A stretch of DNA of 64,000 nucleotides from Terrimicrobiaceae bacterium (GTDB lineage: Bacteria; Verrucomicrobiota; Verrucomicrobiia; Chthoniobacterales; Terrimicrobiaceae). Of the stretch, positions 1 through 10,750 are shown piece by piece. The notes beneath the pieces were generated by a model. It was not told the DNA's origin. It made no database searches and saw only the letters and a program-made list of their open reading frames with translations. A program made the position numbers and the translations under genes. The first letter of the stretch is position 1, and the number at the start of each line of letters is the position of its first letter. Location: the NCBI GenBank assembly GCA_041752695.1, contig JBGSVZ010000027.1, positions 32,001 to 96,000 of the forward strand, in the 5' to 3' direction.

Positions 1-860
1 TTGTAGAGCATCAGCCAGGTGAAAGTCGCGATGGGATAATCCTGCGCGCCGGAGGGATCATCGGGCCAGATCCGAAGGTTGGCCGGAAGTTCGACGTGCT
101 CCAGCGTGGCCGCGCCGCTCTCGGGCGTGGGTTTCACGAAGTTGCCGCTCTTGTTTTGCAGGCTGGCCATGGAGAGGCCGTTGTGGGCGGCGAAGCCGTA
201 TTCCACATAACCCACCGCACCGGGGGCTTGTTTGACGAGGGCAGTGACGCCTTCATTGCCCTTGCCGCCCACGCCAACCGGCCAGGCATCGGTGGATTTA
301 TCCACGCCGATGTCTTCCTTGAACTCGGGGCTGATGGCCGCCAGATGTTTGCTGAAGACAAAAGTCGTGCCACTGCCATCCGAGCGTTTGGCCACGCTGA
401 TCGGAAGATCGGGGAGTTTCACGCCTTCGTTGGCCTTCGCGATGAGGGGATCGTTCCACTTGGTGACTTTGCCGAGGAAAATCCCGGCCAGGGCCTCACG
501 GGTGAGCTTGAGATCCTTCACCTCGGGCAGATTATACGCCACCACGATGCTTCCGGCCGTGACGGGCAGGAGCACAACGCCCTGTGCGACCTTCGCGATT
601 TCCTCGTCGCTCATGGCCGCGTCGCTCGCGCCGAAATCAACTGTTCCCTGAGTGAATTGCTTGACGCCTGCGCCGGAGCCGACGGACTGGTAGTTCACCT
701 GGACGCCGGAGTTGACCTTGCGAAAATCTGACGCCCAGCGCTGATAAATGGGGGCCGGGAAGCTTGCGCCCGCTCCGGAGAGCTGCTGCGCCATCGCCGA
801 AGTCGCCAAAATCGCGCTCGCGACCAGGGTGCCGTAGGTGGTGAGAGTAGTATGTTTCAT
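1..860 (-). CDS. pstS: phosphate ABC transporter substrate-binding protein (3' end outside window)
   Basis: Manual translation from ATG at 860: MKHTT...QLSGAGASFPAPIY...NYQSVGSGAG...DFGASDA...RSDGSGTT, all PstS motifs; missing from the ORF track because it runs off the edge. Confidence 0.93.
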   Translation of the reverse strand, partial: MKHTTLTTYGTLVASAILATSAMAQQLSGAGASFPAPIYQRWASDFRKVNSGVQVNYQSVGSGAGVKQFTQGTVDFGASDAAMSDEEIAKVAQGVVLLPVTAGSIVVAYNLPEVKDLKLTREALAGIFLGKVTKWNDPLIAKANEGVKLPDLPISVAKRSDGSGTTFVFSKHLAAISPEFKEDIGVDKSTDAWPVGVGGKGNEGVTALVKQAPGAVGYVEYGFAAHNGLSMASLQNKSGNFVKPTPESGAATLEHVELPANLRIWPDDPSGAQDYPIATFTWLMLY

Positions 861-924
861 AGTGGGTTAGGGATATCAGTTAACGACTGAACTCATAAAA
901 CAAGCCAGCGCCAAAGGCCAGTTT

Positions 925-942
925 GTTACAATTCCGTGACAG
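925..942 (-). promoter_or_regulatory. Pho-box-like site upstream of pstS
   Basis: Minus strand CTGTCAC-GGAA-TTGTAAC fits the 7-4-7 PhoB direct repeat. Confidence 0.7.
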
Positions 943-985
943 TGGCGACCCCGGACTGCCCCGGCAGGGTGTTTCAAAAAGCAGT

Positions 986-1005
986 CTGTGACATTTTTGT
1001 AACAG
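986..1005. promoter_or_regulatory. second Pho-box-like site upstream of ppk2
   Basis: Plus strand CTGTGAC-ATTT-TTGTAAC; minus strand CTGTTAC-AAAA-ATGTCAC. Confidence 0.6.
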
Positions 1006-1049
1006 CACGGAGGAGTGGCATTCCTCGCGAGGTCGTATAAGCAGGGGAA

Positions 1050-1958
1050 ATGACCCCGCCCGAAAACACCCCGCCCTCCGAAGATGAGATCTTTCAGCGT
1101 TTCCACCGCGAGATGCTGGACAGCTTCGACGAGGAACTGGAAATCGAACAGGAGGACCGCGAGGACGGAGAAGAATCGGACGACCAGGACTTTCGCCGGA
1201 AGTATTTTAAGGAACTCTTCCGCCTGCAAAGCGAGTTGGTGAAACTTCAGGAATGGGTGGTCGCCTCGGGTCACAAGCTGGTCGTACTCTTCGAAGGCCG
1301 CGACGCGGCCGGCAAGGGTGGCTCGATCAAACGCATCACCCAGCGGCTCAACCCCCGGGTCTGCCGCGTTGCCGCCCTCCCGGCCCCGAACAACCGCGAG
1401 CGCACCCAATGGTATTTCCAGCGCTACGTGCCCCATCTTCCGGCGGCGGGCGAAATTGTGCTCTTCGACCGCAGTTGGTACAACCGCGCCGGTGTCGAAC
1501 GCGTGATGGGATTCTGCAACGACGAAGAATACGAGGAATTTTTCCGTTCCGTGCCGGAATTTGAAAAGATGCTCGTCCGCTCCGGCATCCAACTCATTAA
1601 ATACTGGTTTTCCATCACCGACGACGAACAGGAATTCCGCTTCCGCTGCCGCGTTCACGATCCGCTGAAACGCTGGAAACTCAGTCCGATGGACCTGGAG
1701 TCTCGCCGTCGCTGGGAGGACTACACCAAGGCCAAGGAAATCATGCTGGAACGCACCCATATTCCCGAAGCAAAATGGTGGGTCGTCCAGGGCGTGGACA
1801 AAAAGAAGGCCCGGCTCAACTGCATCGCCCACCTCCTTGACCAGGTGGCGTATCAGGACGTCGACCACGATCCCATCGTCCTCCCCGAGCGGGTGCACCA
1901 CGCGGACTATCACCGCAATCCCGTGCCGCCGGAAATGTTTGTGCCCGAGAGGTACTAG
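1050..1958 (+). CDS. ppk2: polyphosphate kinase 2
   Basis: FEGRDAAGKGG Walker A, FDRSWYNR and WKLSPMD motifs. Confidence 0.95.
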   Translation: MTPPENTPPSEDEIFQRFHREMLDSFDEELEIEQEDREDGEESDDQDFRRKYFKELFRLQSELVKLQEWVVASGHKLVVLFEGRDAAGKGGSIKRITQRLNPRVCRVAALPAPNNRERTQWYFQRYVPHLPAAGEIVLFDRSWYNRAGVERVMGFCNDEEYEEFFRSVPEFEKMLVRSGIQLIKYWFSITDDEQEFRFRCRVHDPLKRWKLSPMDLESRRRWEDYTKAKEIMLERTHIPEAKWWVVQGVDKKKARLNCIAHLLDQVAYQDVDHDPIVLPERVHHADYHRNPVPPEMFVPERY

Positions 1959-2016
1959 AGCCGCGATCTGGAGGGACATCCCCCGGCAGGTCTGGGCTGG
2001 CTTTCTTATATGCGCA

Positions 2017-2046
2017 TTGACAGATATTCGTCGATACGCATATTAA
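2017..2046 (+). promoter_or_regulatory. ars promoter with overlapping ArsR-type operator
   Basis: TTGACA at 2017 and imperfect palindrome ATATTCGTCG/ATACGCATAT just before the arsR ATG. Confidence 0.5.
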
Positions 2047-2050
2047 GACG

Positions 2051-2401
2051 ATGCGACTGATCGAAATCTACCAATGCCTCTGCGACGAAACGCGGCTGCG
2101 GATTTTGCATTTGCTCACGGAGGGCCCACTTTGTGTCTGCCACTTTCAGGACATTCTCGGTGTGCCGCAGACCCGGGTGTCGCAGCACCTTTCCTACCTC
2201 CGCAAGCGTGGCCTGGTGGAGAGCGTGCGCCGCGGCACGTGGATGATCTATTCGCTGCCCGCCCGGCCTTCGGCGGAATTGGAAAAACACCTCCGATGCC
2301 TGCAGGATTGTGTGTTGTCGGAGAAGCTCTTTCGCGACGACCTGAAAAAACTCCGCAAGGCGAGTCCCACCGTCTCCCCCGCCAACTCCTGCAACTGCTA
2401 A
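2051..2401 (+). CDS. arsR: ArsR/SmtB metalloregulator
   Basis: LCDETRLRIL, LCVCHF metal site, VSQHLSYLR HTH; first gene of the ars cluster. Confidence 0.92.
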   Translation: MRLIEIYQCLCDETRLRILHLLTEGPLCVCHFQDILGVPQTRVSQHLSYLRKRGLVESVRRGTWMIYSLPARPSAELEKHLRCLQDCVLSEKLFRDDLKKLRKASPTVSPANSCNC

Positions 2402-2407
2402 GATCCC

Positions 2408-2899
2408 ATGACCGCCTCCAAACCCTTCAAGCTTCTTTTCCTCTGCACCGGCAATTCCGCCCGAAGTATCATCGCTGAATACCTCGCCAAAAATATCGGC
2501 GGCGAAAAATTCGAAGTCGTAAGCGCCGGCTCCGATCCCAAGCCCGCGCCCCATCCGTTGGCGCTGAAAATCCTGAACGACAGCTTCCGCATCGACGCGT
2601 CCGATGCCCGCAGCAAGTCCTGGAAGGAATTTGAAGGGGTGGAATTCGATTTTGTCATCACCCTTTGTGATAACGCGAAGGAGAGCTGCCCGGTCTGGCC
2701 CGGTCAGCCCATCATCGCCCATTGGGGTTCGCCGGATCCGGCGGATGCTGCGGGAACCGATGCAGAAAAGGAAAGAGCCTTCTGGCAGGTCGCCCAGCAA
2801 ATCAAACGACGCATCGAACTCTTCTCCTCCCTGCCCTTCGAAAAACTCGATGCGCTCCGCCTCGAAAAAGCCACGCGCGACATCGGTAACCAAGCCTGA
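2408..2899 (+). CDS. arsC: arsenate reductase (LMW-PTP fold, thioredoxin type)
   Basis: FLCTGNSARS P-loop and ITLCDNAKESCP redox cysteines. Confidence 0.9.
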   Translation: MTASKPFKLLFLCTGNSARSIIAEYLAKNIGGEKFEVVSAGSDPKPAPHPLALKILNDSFRIDASDARSKSWKEFEGVEFDFVITLCDNAKESCPVWPGQPIIAHWGSPDPADAAGTDAEKERAFWQVAQQIKRRIELFSSLPFEKLDALRLEKATRDIGNQA

Positions 2900-2903
2900 A
2901 TTT

Positions 2904-3362
2904 ATGAAAACCTCCGACCTTAAATCGCACCTCGCCGCCCATCCCGCAAAGCAACTCCGTTTCCTGCTGCCCGACGGCGGGTTCGTCCCCTTCCATGCCC
3001 ACATCACCGAAGCCGGGCGGATGGACAAAACCTTTCTCGACTGCGGGGGAACTCTCCGGCGCACGTCCGCCTGCCTGCTGCAAGCCTGGGTGGCGGATGA
3101 TACCGATCACCGCATTCCGGCGGGAAAACTCTCCACCATCCTCGATCTCGCCGCGCCTTTGCTGGAATCCGAGGACCTTGAAGTGGAACTCGAATATCAG
3201 GAGGAATGGATTTCCCAATTTCCCGTCGTCGACGCCGTGGTCTCCGACGAAGCCCTCACGTTCCAGCTCGGACTCAAACACACCGACTGTCTGGCCAAGG
3301 ACGTCTGTCTGCCTTCCTCTAAGGATGAGGAGAGCTGTTGCAGTGGGGGCGGCTGCTGCTGA
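2904..3362 (+). CDS. Cys-tailed protein of ars operon (DUF6428-like)
   Basis: ATG 2904 MKTSDLK...HITEAG...FLDCGG...HTDCLAKDVC...CCSGGGCC; resembles the conserved unknown protein of ars operons. Confidence 0.7.
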   Translation: MKTSDLKSHLAAHPAKQLRFLLPDGGFVPFHAHITEAGRMDKTFLDCGGTLRRTSACLLQAWVADDTDHRIPAGKLSTILDLAAPLLESEDLEVELEYQEEWISQFPVVDAVVSDEALTFQLGLKHTDCLAKDVCLPSSKDEESCCSGGGCC

Positions 3363-3371
3363 GTCCTTATG

Positions 3372-3447
3372 GCCGCAAAAGAACGCAAGGAACACAAAAG
3401 AAGCGAACCACGCGGATCCTTTGCGCTCTCTGCGTTCCTTCGCGGCT
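3372..3447. repeat. intergenic inverted repeat of ~9-mer units (REP-like)
   Basis: GCCGCAAAAGAACGCAAGGAACACAAAAG ... CTTTGCGCTCTCTGCGTTCCTTCGCGGC. Confidence 0.65.
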
Positions 3448-3455
3448 GAAAAATT

Positions 3456-4574
3456 ATGTCTGATTCCATCGCCAAAAGAATGTCCTTTCTGGACCGTTAT
3501 CTGACGGTCTGGATCTTCGCCGCCATGGGGATTGGCGTGTTGCTGAGCAGTTTTGTCATTACCGATCCGGAGAAATTTTTCGCCCCGCTCACGGTCGGGA
3601 CGACCAATCTCCCCATCGCCTTCGGGCTCATCCTTATGATGTACCCGCCGCTGGCCAAGGTGCGCTATGAGCAGATTCCCAAAGTGTTTGCCAACACGCG
3701 CATCCTCGGCCTGTCCCTCATCCAGAACTGGATTGTGGGTCCGATCCTTATGTTCCTCCTCGCGGTCCTCTTTCTGCACAACCACCCGGAATATATGGTG
3801 GGGCTGATTCTGGTCGGCATCGCCCGCTGCATTGCCATGGTCCTGGTCTGGAACGAACTGGCGAAGGGCAACAACGAATACGCCGCCGCGCTCGTCGCGA
3901 TCAACAGCGTGGCGCAGATCGTCTTTTACAGCTTTTACGCCTGGGTTTTTATCACCGTGCTCCCCCCGTATTTTGGCCTCGCGGGCGCGGTCGTGCCGGT
4001 GGGCATCGGCGACATTTTTGTCAGCGTGATGATTTACCTCGGCTTTCCGTTCGCCGCGGGATTTCTCAGTCGCATCGTGCTCACGCGCTGGAAGGGGCGG
4101 GAGTGGTATGAGACCAAATTCCTGCCGCGCATCGCCCCGATCACGCTTGTGGCTCTGCTTTTCACCATTGTCGTCATGTTCACTTTCCAAGGCGGCAAGC
4201 TGGTGGCGCGCCCCTTCGATGTCCTGCTTATTGCCATCCCGCTCTCAATCTATTTTGTGGTGATGTTCTTTGTGAGCTTCTTCATGGGCAAAAAGCTCGG
4301 CGCGGACTACAGCCGCTCGACCACCCTGGCTTTCACGGCCGCCGGTAATAATTTTGAGCTGGCCATTGCGGTGGCGATCGCGGTCTTCGGTCTCAACTCC
4401 GGAGCGGCCTTCGCCGCCGTGGTTGGCCCGCTCCTGGAAGTTCCCATCCTGATCGCTCTGGTTCATGTCGCGCTCCGGTTTCAACGTCGATTTTTCGCCG
4501 GGGAAATCCCCCCCGCGCCCGACTCGATTCTGAAAGCGGCCCAGGACGGCTGCCCGCCACCCGTGTCCCTTTAA
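3456..4574 (+). CDS. acr3: Acr3 arsenite efflux transporter
   Basis: [38 protein letters not shown] and GPLLEVP motifs. Confidence 0.95.
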   Translation: MSDSIAKRMSFLDRYLTVWIFAAMGIGVLLSSFVITDPEKFFAPLTVGTTNLPIAFGLILMMYPPLAKVRYEQIPKVFANTRILGLSLIQNWIVGPILMFLLAVLFLHNHPEYMVGLILVGIARCIAMVLVWNELAKGNNEYAAALVAINSVAQIVFYSFYAWVFITVLPPYFGLAGAVVPVGIGDIFVSVMIYLGFPFAAGFLSRIVLTRWKGREWYETKFLPRIAPITLVALLFTIVVMFTFQGGKLVARPFDVLLIAIPLSIYFVVMFFVSFFMGKKLGADYSRSTTLAFTAAGNNFELAIAVAIAVFGLNSGAAFAAVVGPLLEVPILIALVHVALRFQRRFFAGEIPPAPDSILKAAQDGCPPPVSL

Positions 4575-4578
4575 TCCT

Positions 4579-5019
4579 ATGTCGCCACGTCTGTCCGTTC
4601 TCATCCTCTGCACTGGAAACTCCTGCCGCAGCCATCTCGCCGAAGGCATTCTTCGCCAGGCCGCCGGGGACCTCGTCGATGTTCACAGCGCGGGATCCAA
4701 ACCCGCCGGGTACGTCCATCCCGAGGCCATCGCGGTGATGCAGGAAATCGGCATCGATATTTCCGCGCACACCTCGAAGCACATGAACGAGTTTCTTGCG
4801 CAAAACATCACCACCGTGATCACGGTCTGCGGCAAAGCCGATCAGGCCTGCCCGATGTTTCCCGGTCAGGTGAACCGGCACCATTGGGGTTTCACCGATC
4901 CTGCGCATGCCACCGGCACGCCGGAGGAAATCCACGCGGAATTCCGCCGCGTCCGCGATGCGATCCAATTGGTTTTCGGAGCGTACGCCGCGGGATTGCG
5001 CGAGGGATCGGCATCCTGA
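4579..5019 (+). CDS. arsC: second arsenate reductase
   Basis: LCTGNSCRS and [12 protein letters not shown] motifs. Confidence 0.9.
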   Translation: MSPRLSVLILCTGNSCRSHLAEGILRQAAGDLVDVHSAGSKPAGYVHPEAIAVMQEIGIDISAHTSKHMNEFLAQNITTVITVCGKADQACPMFPGQVNRHHWGFTDPAHATGTPEEIHAEFRRVRDAIQLVFGAYAAGLREGSAS

Positions 5020-5072
5020 TCTTCGAGTTGTCTTTCGCTTTGGTCTGCGGGTTTCGCCCCGTCTGAGGGCCC

Positions 5073-5104
5073 AAAAAAAGACCGGACCTTTCGGCCCGGC
5101 CTTT
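5073..5104 (-). terminator. intrinsic terminator downstream of ahcY
   Basis: Minus strand GGCCGGGCC-GAAA-GGTCCGGTC-TTTTTTT. Confidence 0.7.
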
Positions 5105-5133
5105 CTCTGGGTCACCGCCTTGCGACGGTGAAA

Positions 5134-5195
5134 TGTAGTCGCCCCGCTCTGCCGGGGCGTCCCGTGGCGAACCCCGACAGAGCGGGGTGGCTACA
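5134..5195. repeat. GTAG-type REP doublet
   Basis: TGTAGTCGCCCCGCTCTGCCGGGG and inverted copy TGTAGCCACCCCGCTCTGTCGGGG. Confidence 0.7.
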
Positions 5196-5206
5196 GGTGG
5201 AATATC

Positions 5207-6673
5207 CTAGTAGCGGTAATGCTCGGGCTTGTAAGGGCCGTCGACGGGCACCCCGATGTAGTCGGCTTGTTCCTTGGAAAGAACGGTGAGTTTGACCCCG
5301 ATTTTTTCCAAATGCAGGCGGGCGACTTCCTCATCGAGTTTCTTAGGCAACACGGTGACGCCGACTTCGCGGGTCTCGCGCGTTTCCCAGAGTTCGATTT
5401 GGGCGAGGGTCTGGTTGGTGAAGCTATTGCTCATGACAAAGCTCGGATGTCCCGTGGCGCAGCCGAGGTTTACCAGGCGTCCCTCGGCGAGCATGTAGAT
5501 GCTGTTGCCGGCGGGAAAGGTGTATTTGTCCACCTGAGGCTTGATGTTGAGCTTCTTGATGCCGGCGAGCTTCTCGAGTTTGTCCACCTGGATCTCGTTG
5601 TCGAAGTGCCCGATGTTACACACGATGGCCTGATCTTTCATCTTTACCATGTGTTCGGCGGTGATGATGTCGCGGTTGCCCGTGGTGGTGACATAGATGT
5701 CGCCGATGCCGAGGGTGTCCTCAATGGGCATCACACGGTGTCCGGCCATGGCGGCCTGGAGGGCGCAGACAGGATCAATCTCGGTCACGATCACCTGCGC
5801 ACCCATGCCTTTGAGGGCTTCGGCGCAGCCTTTGCCCACGTCGCCATATCCGCAGACGACGCCGACTTTGCCGGCAATCATCACGTCGGTGGCGCGCTTG
5901 ATGCCATCGAGGAGCGATTCGCGGCAACCGTAAAGGTTGTCGAACTTCGCTTTGGTCACCGAATCGTTGACGTTGATGGCGGGGATGAGGAGCTTGCCGG
6001 CTTTCTGCATTTCGTAAAGACGATGCACACCGGTCGTGGTTTCCTCGGAGACACCTTTGAGTTCCTTAAGGATCTCATGGAAGATGCCGGGCTGTTCGGC
6101 CTGGATTTTTTTCAGCAGGGCCTTGACCACGGAAACTTCGTGGTTGTCGGACGGCGTATCAATCCAGGTGTCGCCGTTTTCCATTTCATAACCCTTATGA
6201 ATGAGCAAAGTGACGTCGCCGCCATCATCCACGATAAGCTGCGGTCCCTTGTTCCCCGGGAACATGATGGCTTTCCAGGTGCAATCCCAATATTCTTCGA
6301 GGGTTTCACCCTTCCAGGCAAAGACGGGGACGCCGGAAGCCGCGATGGCGGCGGCGGCGTGGTCCTGGGTCGAGAAGATATTGCAGGACGCCCAGCGCAC
6401 ATCAGCGCCGAGTTCCCTAAGGGTCTCGATCAACACTCCGGTCTGAATGGTCATGTGGAGCGAACCGGTGATGCGCACGCCGGCGAGGGGCTTTTTTGGG
6501 CCGTATTTTTCGCGGGTGGCGATCAAGCCCGGCATTTCGTGCTCGGCGATGTCCAGCTCCTTGCGGCCAAACTCGGCCAGGGTGAGGTCGCGGACGAGAA
6601 AGTCCTCCGCGAGGGGTTTCGAGGTGAAGCTCGGGGCTTTGACGGTCGGTGGTTCCAGTGTGGCAGTGCTCAT
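5207..6673 (-). CDS. ahcY: adenosylhomocysteinase
   Basis: [51 protein letters not shown]. Confidence 0.98.
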   Translation of the reverse strand: MSTATLEPPTVKAPSFTSKPLAEDFLVRDLTLAEFGRKELDIAEHEMPGLIATREKYGPKKPLAGVRITGSLHMTIQTGVLIETLRELGADVRWASCNIFSTQDHAAAAIAASGVPVFAWKGETLEEYWDCTWKAIMFPGNKGPQLIVDDGGDVTLLIHKGYEMENGDTWIDTPSDNHEVSVVKALLKKIQAEQPGIFHEILKELKGVSEETTTGVHRLYEMQKAGKLLIPAINVNDSVTKAKFDNLYGCRESLLDGIKRATDVMIAGKVGVVCGYGDVGKGCAEALKGMGAQVIVTEIDPVCALQAAMAGHRVMPIEDTLGIGDIYVTTTGNRDIITAEHMVKMKDQAIVCNIGHFDNEIQVDKLEKLAGIKKLNIKPQVDKYTFPAGNSIYMLAEGRLVNLGCATGHPSFVMSNSFTNQTLAQIELWETRETREVGVTVLPKKLDEEVARLHLEKIGVKLTVLSKEQADYIGVPVDGPYKPEHYRY

Positions 6674-6724
6674 GGTATTAGTTTTATGTTTTAAGTTTCT
6701 AAGTTTTAAGAGGTCTTAAAACTG

Positions 6725-7897
<1,173 letters not shown>

Positions 7898-8062
7898 GGG
7901 ATATATAAATGTATTACGATGTATTGATAGATTGGATGCCAGAGAATGTCAAATGGGAGGTTTTTTCCACAAAGACGGGCACACGAAACGAACGCTCCCT
8001 CCGGGCGGGGAGGCGTGAGCCACGGCCCGGACGCCCTCAGGATCAAATGGGGGATCCCCGTC

Positions 8063-9508
8063 TCAGGGAGCCGGGAGAATCGCCTGATGAGGGAGTTCCC
8101 CGGTCCACGGGCAGAGATGGAAGTTTGGATACGTCAAAATCACCGAGGCGTCTTGCGAAGGATCGTCGGAGGCGAGGTCGAGGCGCAGCTGATGCGGTCC
8201 CGCGGAAGGATGGACCAGCACCCGTGATCCGTTCGGGCCGCGGTGGGGGGCCGGCACATAGGGCAGGCCGGGAGGGCATTCATGGAGGAGCTTTCCGTCG
8301 AGGAACAGTCGCGCTCCCGCGCGGGCGAGGCAAAGAATCTGTCGGGGTTCGTTGTCCGTGGGCTCCCAGGTCCAGGTGGCTCCGGCCGCCTGTTTGACCG
8401 CGGCGGGCAATTCGCCATTGGCCCAGGGGACGGGCTGCCTTCCGCCTGCCGGCAGGAGGTCAACGGTGCCTGGCAACGTCGTCAGATTGACACTGGTGCC
8501 ATTGAGATCCCAATCCGACAGGCTCCATGATTGGGAGCAAAGTTTGCCAATGAGCCGCACGGTGCGGCGGGTCAGTTCGTCCAACGTTCGCGGGACGTTG
8601 ATTCCCAAAATACCCGACCCGACAAAAACCCCATCGCCGATTGGGTCACTCCAGAGCGAGGGAATGCTTTCGGCGCCATTTAACAGCCCCAACGTGGCCC
8701 CGACGGTGGCTGCCGTGCAGTCGGTGTCATAACCGCCATTGACGGCCAGGAGGATGCTCTGTTCAAAGTTCTCCTCGCCATAGAGCAGGGCCCAGAGGGT
8801 GAGGGCGACATTGAGCGGGGCATGGGTAAAGTTTTCGTTGCCGTGCCGTTTGAGAAGTTCCCTCCAGCAGTCCCACGCGGAAAGTCCTTCCGTGTGCGAA
8901 TCGCAAACAAAATGCGAGGCTGTCGCGGTTTCGTTTCGTGCGGGCAAATACCGTAGCGCGCAGGTGATGGACTCCTTGAGGGGGATGCCCGCCGCCACCT
9001 GGCTTTGCAGGACCGCGAACAGGACTTCCCCGGCAATGCCTTCGGCTCCGTGGTCCAGCGAAGCATCGAGGGCGGCATAGTGAGCCGCACTGTCGGGTTC
9101 GCCGGGAAACAGGCAGGCCCAGATCTCGGACCGGATGGGGGACCCCATCCCCGCATGAAAAGGGTTCTCGAAGGTACCCACGTTTTGCAGAGGCACCCCC
9201 CGCCGCAGATTCCACCGGCAGATGCCATACTCGTCCCACATGTAATGAATGTGGTCGAGCCAGGCCGCGGCAAAGTCCGCCCGGGTGAGGGATGTGCCGG
9301 CATTTTCCACCAAATGCAGCCAGACGAGTTGCAGTTCCAGATCATCATTCGGCGGAGCGATCGTCGGGACCGGGTCGTAAAAGGAAAAATCCAGCCGCTC
9401 CATCCGGCCCTCCGCGGGGAGACCGAGCGTACCGCCGATGGATTTGCCCAGCCAGCAGCCATGAATCCGGGACGTGAGTTCGAGTTCGGGAGAAAGCGTC
9501 GGAGGCAT
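8063..9508 (-). CDS. ADP-ribosylglycohydrolase-family protein with C-terminal beta domain
   Basis: GCWLGKSIGGTLG, PNDDLE and GYDTDCTAATVG metal-binding motifs. Confidence 0.85.
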   Translation of the reverse strand: MPPTLSPELELTSRIHGCWLGKSIGGTLGLPAEGRMERLDFSFYDPVPTIAPPNDDLELQLVWLHLVENAGTSLTRADFAAAWLDHIHYMWDEYGICRWNLRRGVPLQNVGTFENPFHAGMGSPIRSEIWACLFPGEPDSAAHYAALDASLDHGAEGIAGEVLFAVLQSQVAAGIPLKESITCALRYLPARNETATASHFVCDSHTEGLSAWDCWRELLKRHGNENFTHAPLNVALTLWALLYGEENFEQSILLAVNGGYDTDCTAATVGATLGLLNGAESIPSLWSDPIGDGVFVGSGILGINVPRTLDELTRRTVRLIGKLCSQSWSLSDWDLNGTSVNLTTLPGTVDLLPAGGRQPVPWANGELPAAVKQAAGATWTWEPTDNEPRQILCLARAGARLFLDGKLLHECPPGLPYVPAPHRGPNGSRVLVHPSAGPHQLRLDLASDDPSQDASVILTYPNFHLCPWTGELPHQAILPAP

Positions 9509-9535
9509 GGGGGTATAATAGAGTGGTTTTATAAA

Positions 9536-9573
9536 AATAAAATCATTTTATTGACATAAACATCGTTTTTATT
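9536..9573. promoter_or_regulatory. AT-rich palindromic operator(s) in divergent promoter
   Basis: Perfect AATAAAAT-C-ATTTTATT (9536-9552) overlapping TTGACA (9551), followed by related ATAAACATCGTTTTTATT. Confidence 0.55.
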
Positions 9574-9585
9574 GATGTTCTGCGC

Positions 9586-10686
9586 ATGGTCCGTCCCCCC
9601 AAAAAACTTCATGCCATATATGGCGCGCTCCGGGAGGAGATTGTGGCCGGTATCTGGACCGTCGGCTCGAAGTTGCCGAACGAGACGGAAATTGCGCAGC
9701 GGTTCGGGTGCAGTTTGGGAACGGTGAGCAAGGCTCTGGCCCTGCTGGTGCATGAAGGATTTGTGGAGCGCCGGGCTCGAGCCGGGACCACGGTCATTTA
9801 CGGGACCGCAGAATCTTCCGCGGCACTCGGGCAGCTCGACGCCTTTGCTTTCATTTATCCCAGCGAACAACACGAAGGCATCTGGCGCACGGTGAAAGGA
9901 TTTCAGGATGCGGCCCGCGAGGCCGGCCGGCGGGTCGTGATGCTGACAACCGGCTTGGATTACCAGAAGGAAACCGAATTCATCGCGCGACTGTCCGAGT
10001 TCGACGTCCGGGGCGCGGTCGTCTATCCCATCATCCCGACCCCTCAGGACCAGGTCCACTTTTCCCAGCTGCTGGTGGATTCAAAATTTCCCGTCGTGCT
10101 CGCGGAGGTGAACCTTCCGGGCCTGGGATGTTCCTCGGTTGTGATCGACGGCTTCCACGCCGGCTACACCATGGCTCGCCACATGATTAGCCGCGGGGCC
10201 AGGCAAATTGGCTTTTTCTCGAACTTCGCCTGGGCGCCCTTCATGAGGGACCGTTATCAGGGGTATCGCTGGGCGCTCGAAGAGGCCGGAATGGGAGAGC
10301 CTGCGGGTGGCGTCTTTCTGGACACCACGATGAATCCGGACTTTCAAAATCCCCTCGCGGAGCCCACCGCCCTCGCGACGAAATTTTTCGAGACTGCGGG
10401 AAAACTGGATGCCGTCGTTTGTGCGGACGATTTCCTCGCCTTGGGCTGCATAACCGCCGCCCAACAGCGGGGGTGGAGTGTCCCGGACGATCTTCTGGTC
10501 AGCGGGGTGGACGACTACAGCGCCCTAGCCTCCTCGCATGGGGTGCCCTTGACGACCTACCGCATTCCTTTTGAAGAGATGGGTCGCGAGTCCTTCGCGA
10601 TGCTTGATCGGGTGCTGCAAATGAAGTCAGCCCCCTCCCTCGAACACCAGATTCGCGGCGAAATCGTCATTCGAAAGAGCGCTTGA
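9586..10686 (+). CDS. GntR-HTH / LacI-type sugar-binding regulator
   Basis: KLPNETEIAQRFGCSLGTVSKAL HTH plus periplasmic-binding-fold effector domain (VPDDLLVSGVDD, LTTYRIP). Confidence 0.88.
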   Translation: MVRPPKKLHAIYGALREEIVAGIWTVGSKLPNETEIAQRFGCSLGTVSKALALLVHEGFVERRARAGTTVIYGTAESSAALGQLDAFAFIYPSEQHEGIWRTVKGFQDAAREAGRRVVMLTTGLDYQKETEFIARLSEFDVRGAVVYPIIPTPQDQVHFSQLLVDSKFPVVLAEVNLPGLGCSSVVIDGFHAGYTMARHMISRGARQIGFFSNFAWAPFMRDRYQGYRWALEEAGMGEPAGGVFLDTTMNPDFQNPLAEPTALATKFFETAGKLDAVVCADDFLALGCITAAQQRGWSVPDDLLVSGVDDYSALASSHGVPLTTYRIPFEEMGRESFAMLDRVLQMKSAPSLEHQIRGEIVIRKSA

Positions 10687-10750
10687 AAAATCCCTTGGTC
10701 CAATTCCTTTCCCCAAACCCCATCGCCGTTCCATCCCAACCCCACATCCT

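Noticed and set aside
96..731. 211-aa plus-strand ORF
   Set aside because: Antisense shadow of pstS
7898..8062. SAM riboswitch upstream of metK
   Set aside because: No SAM-I or SAM-II core recognised and a promoter-like element sits close to the ATG
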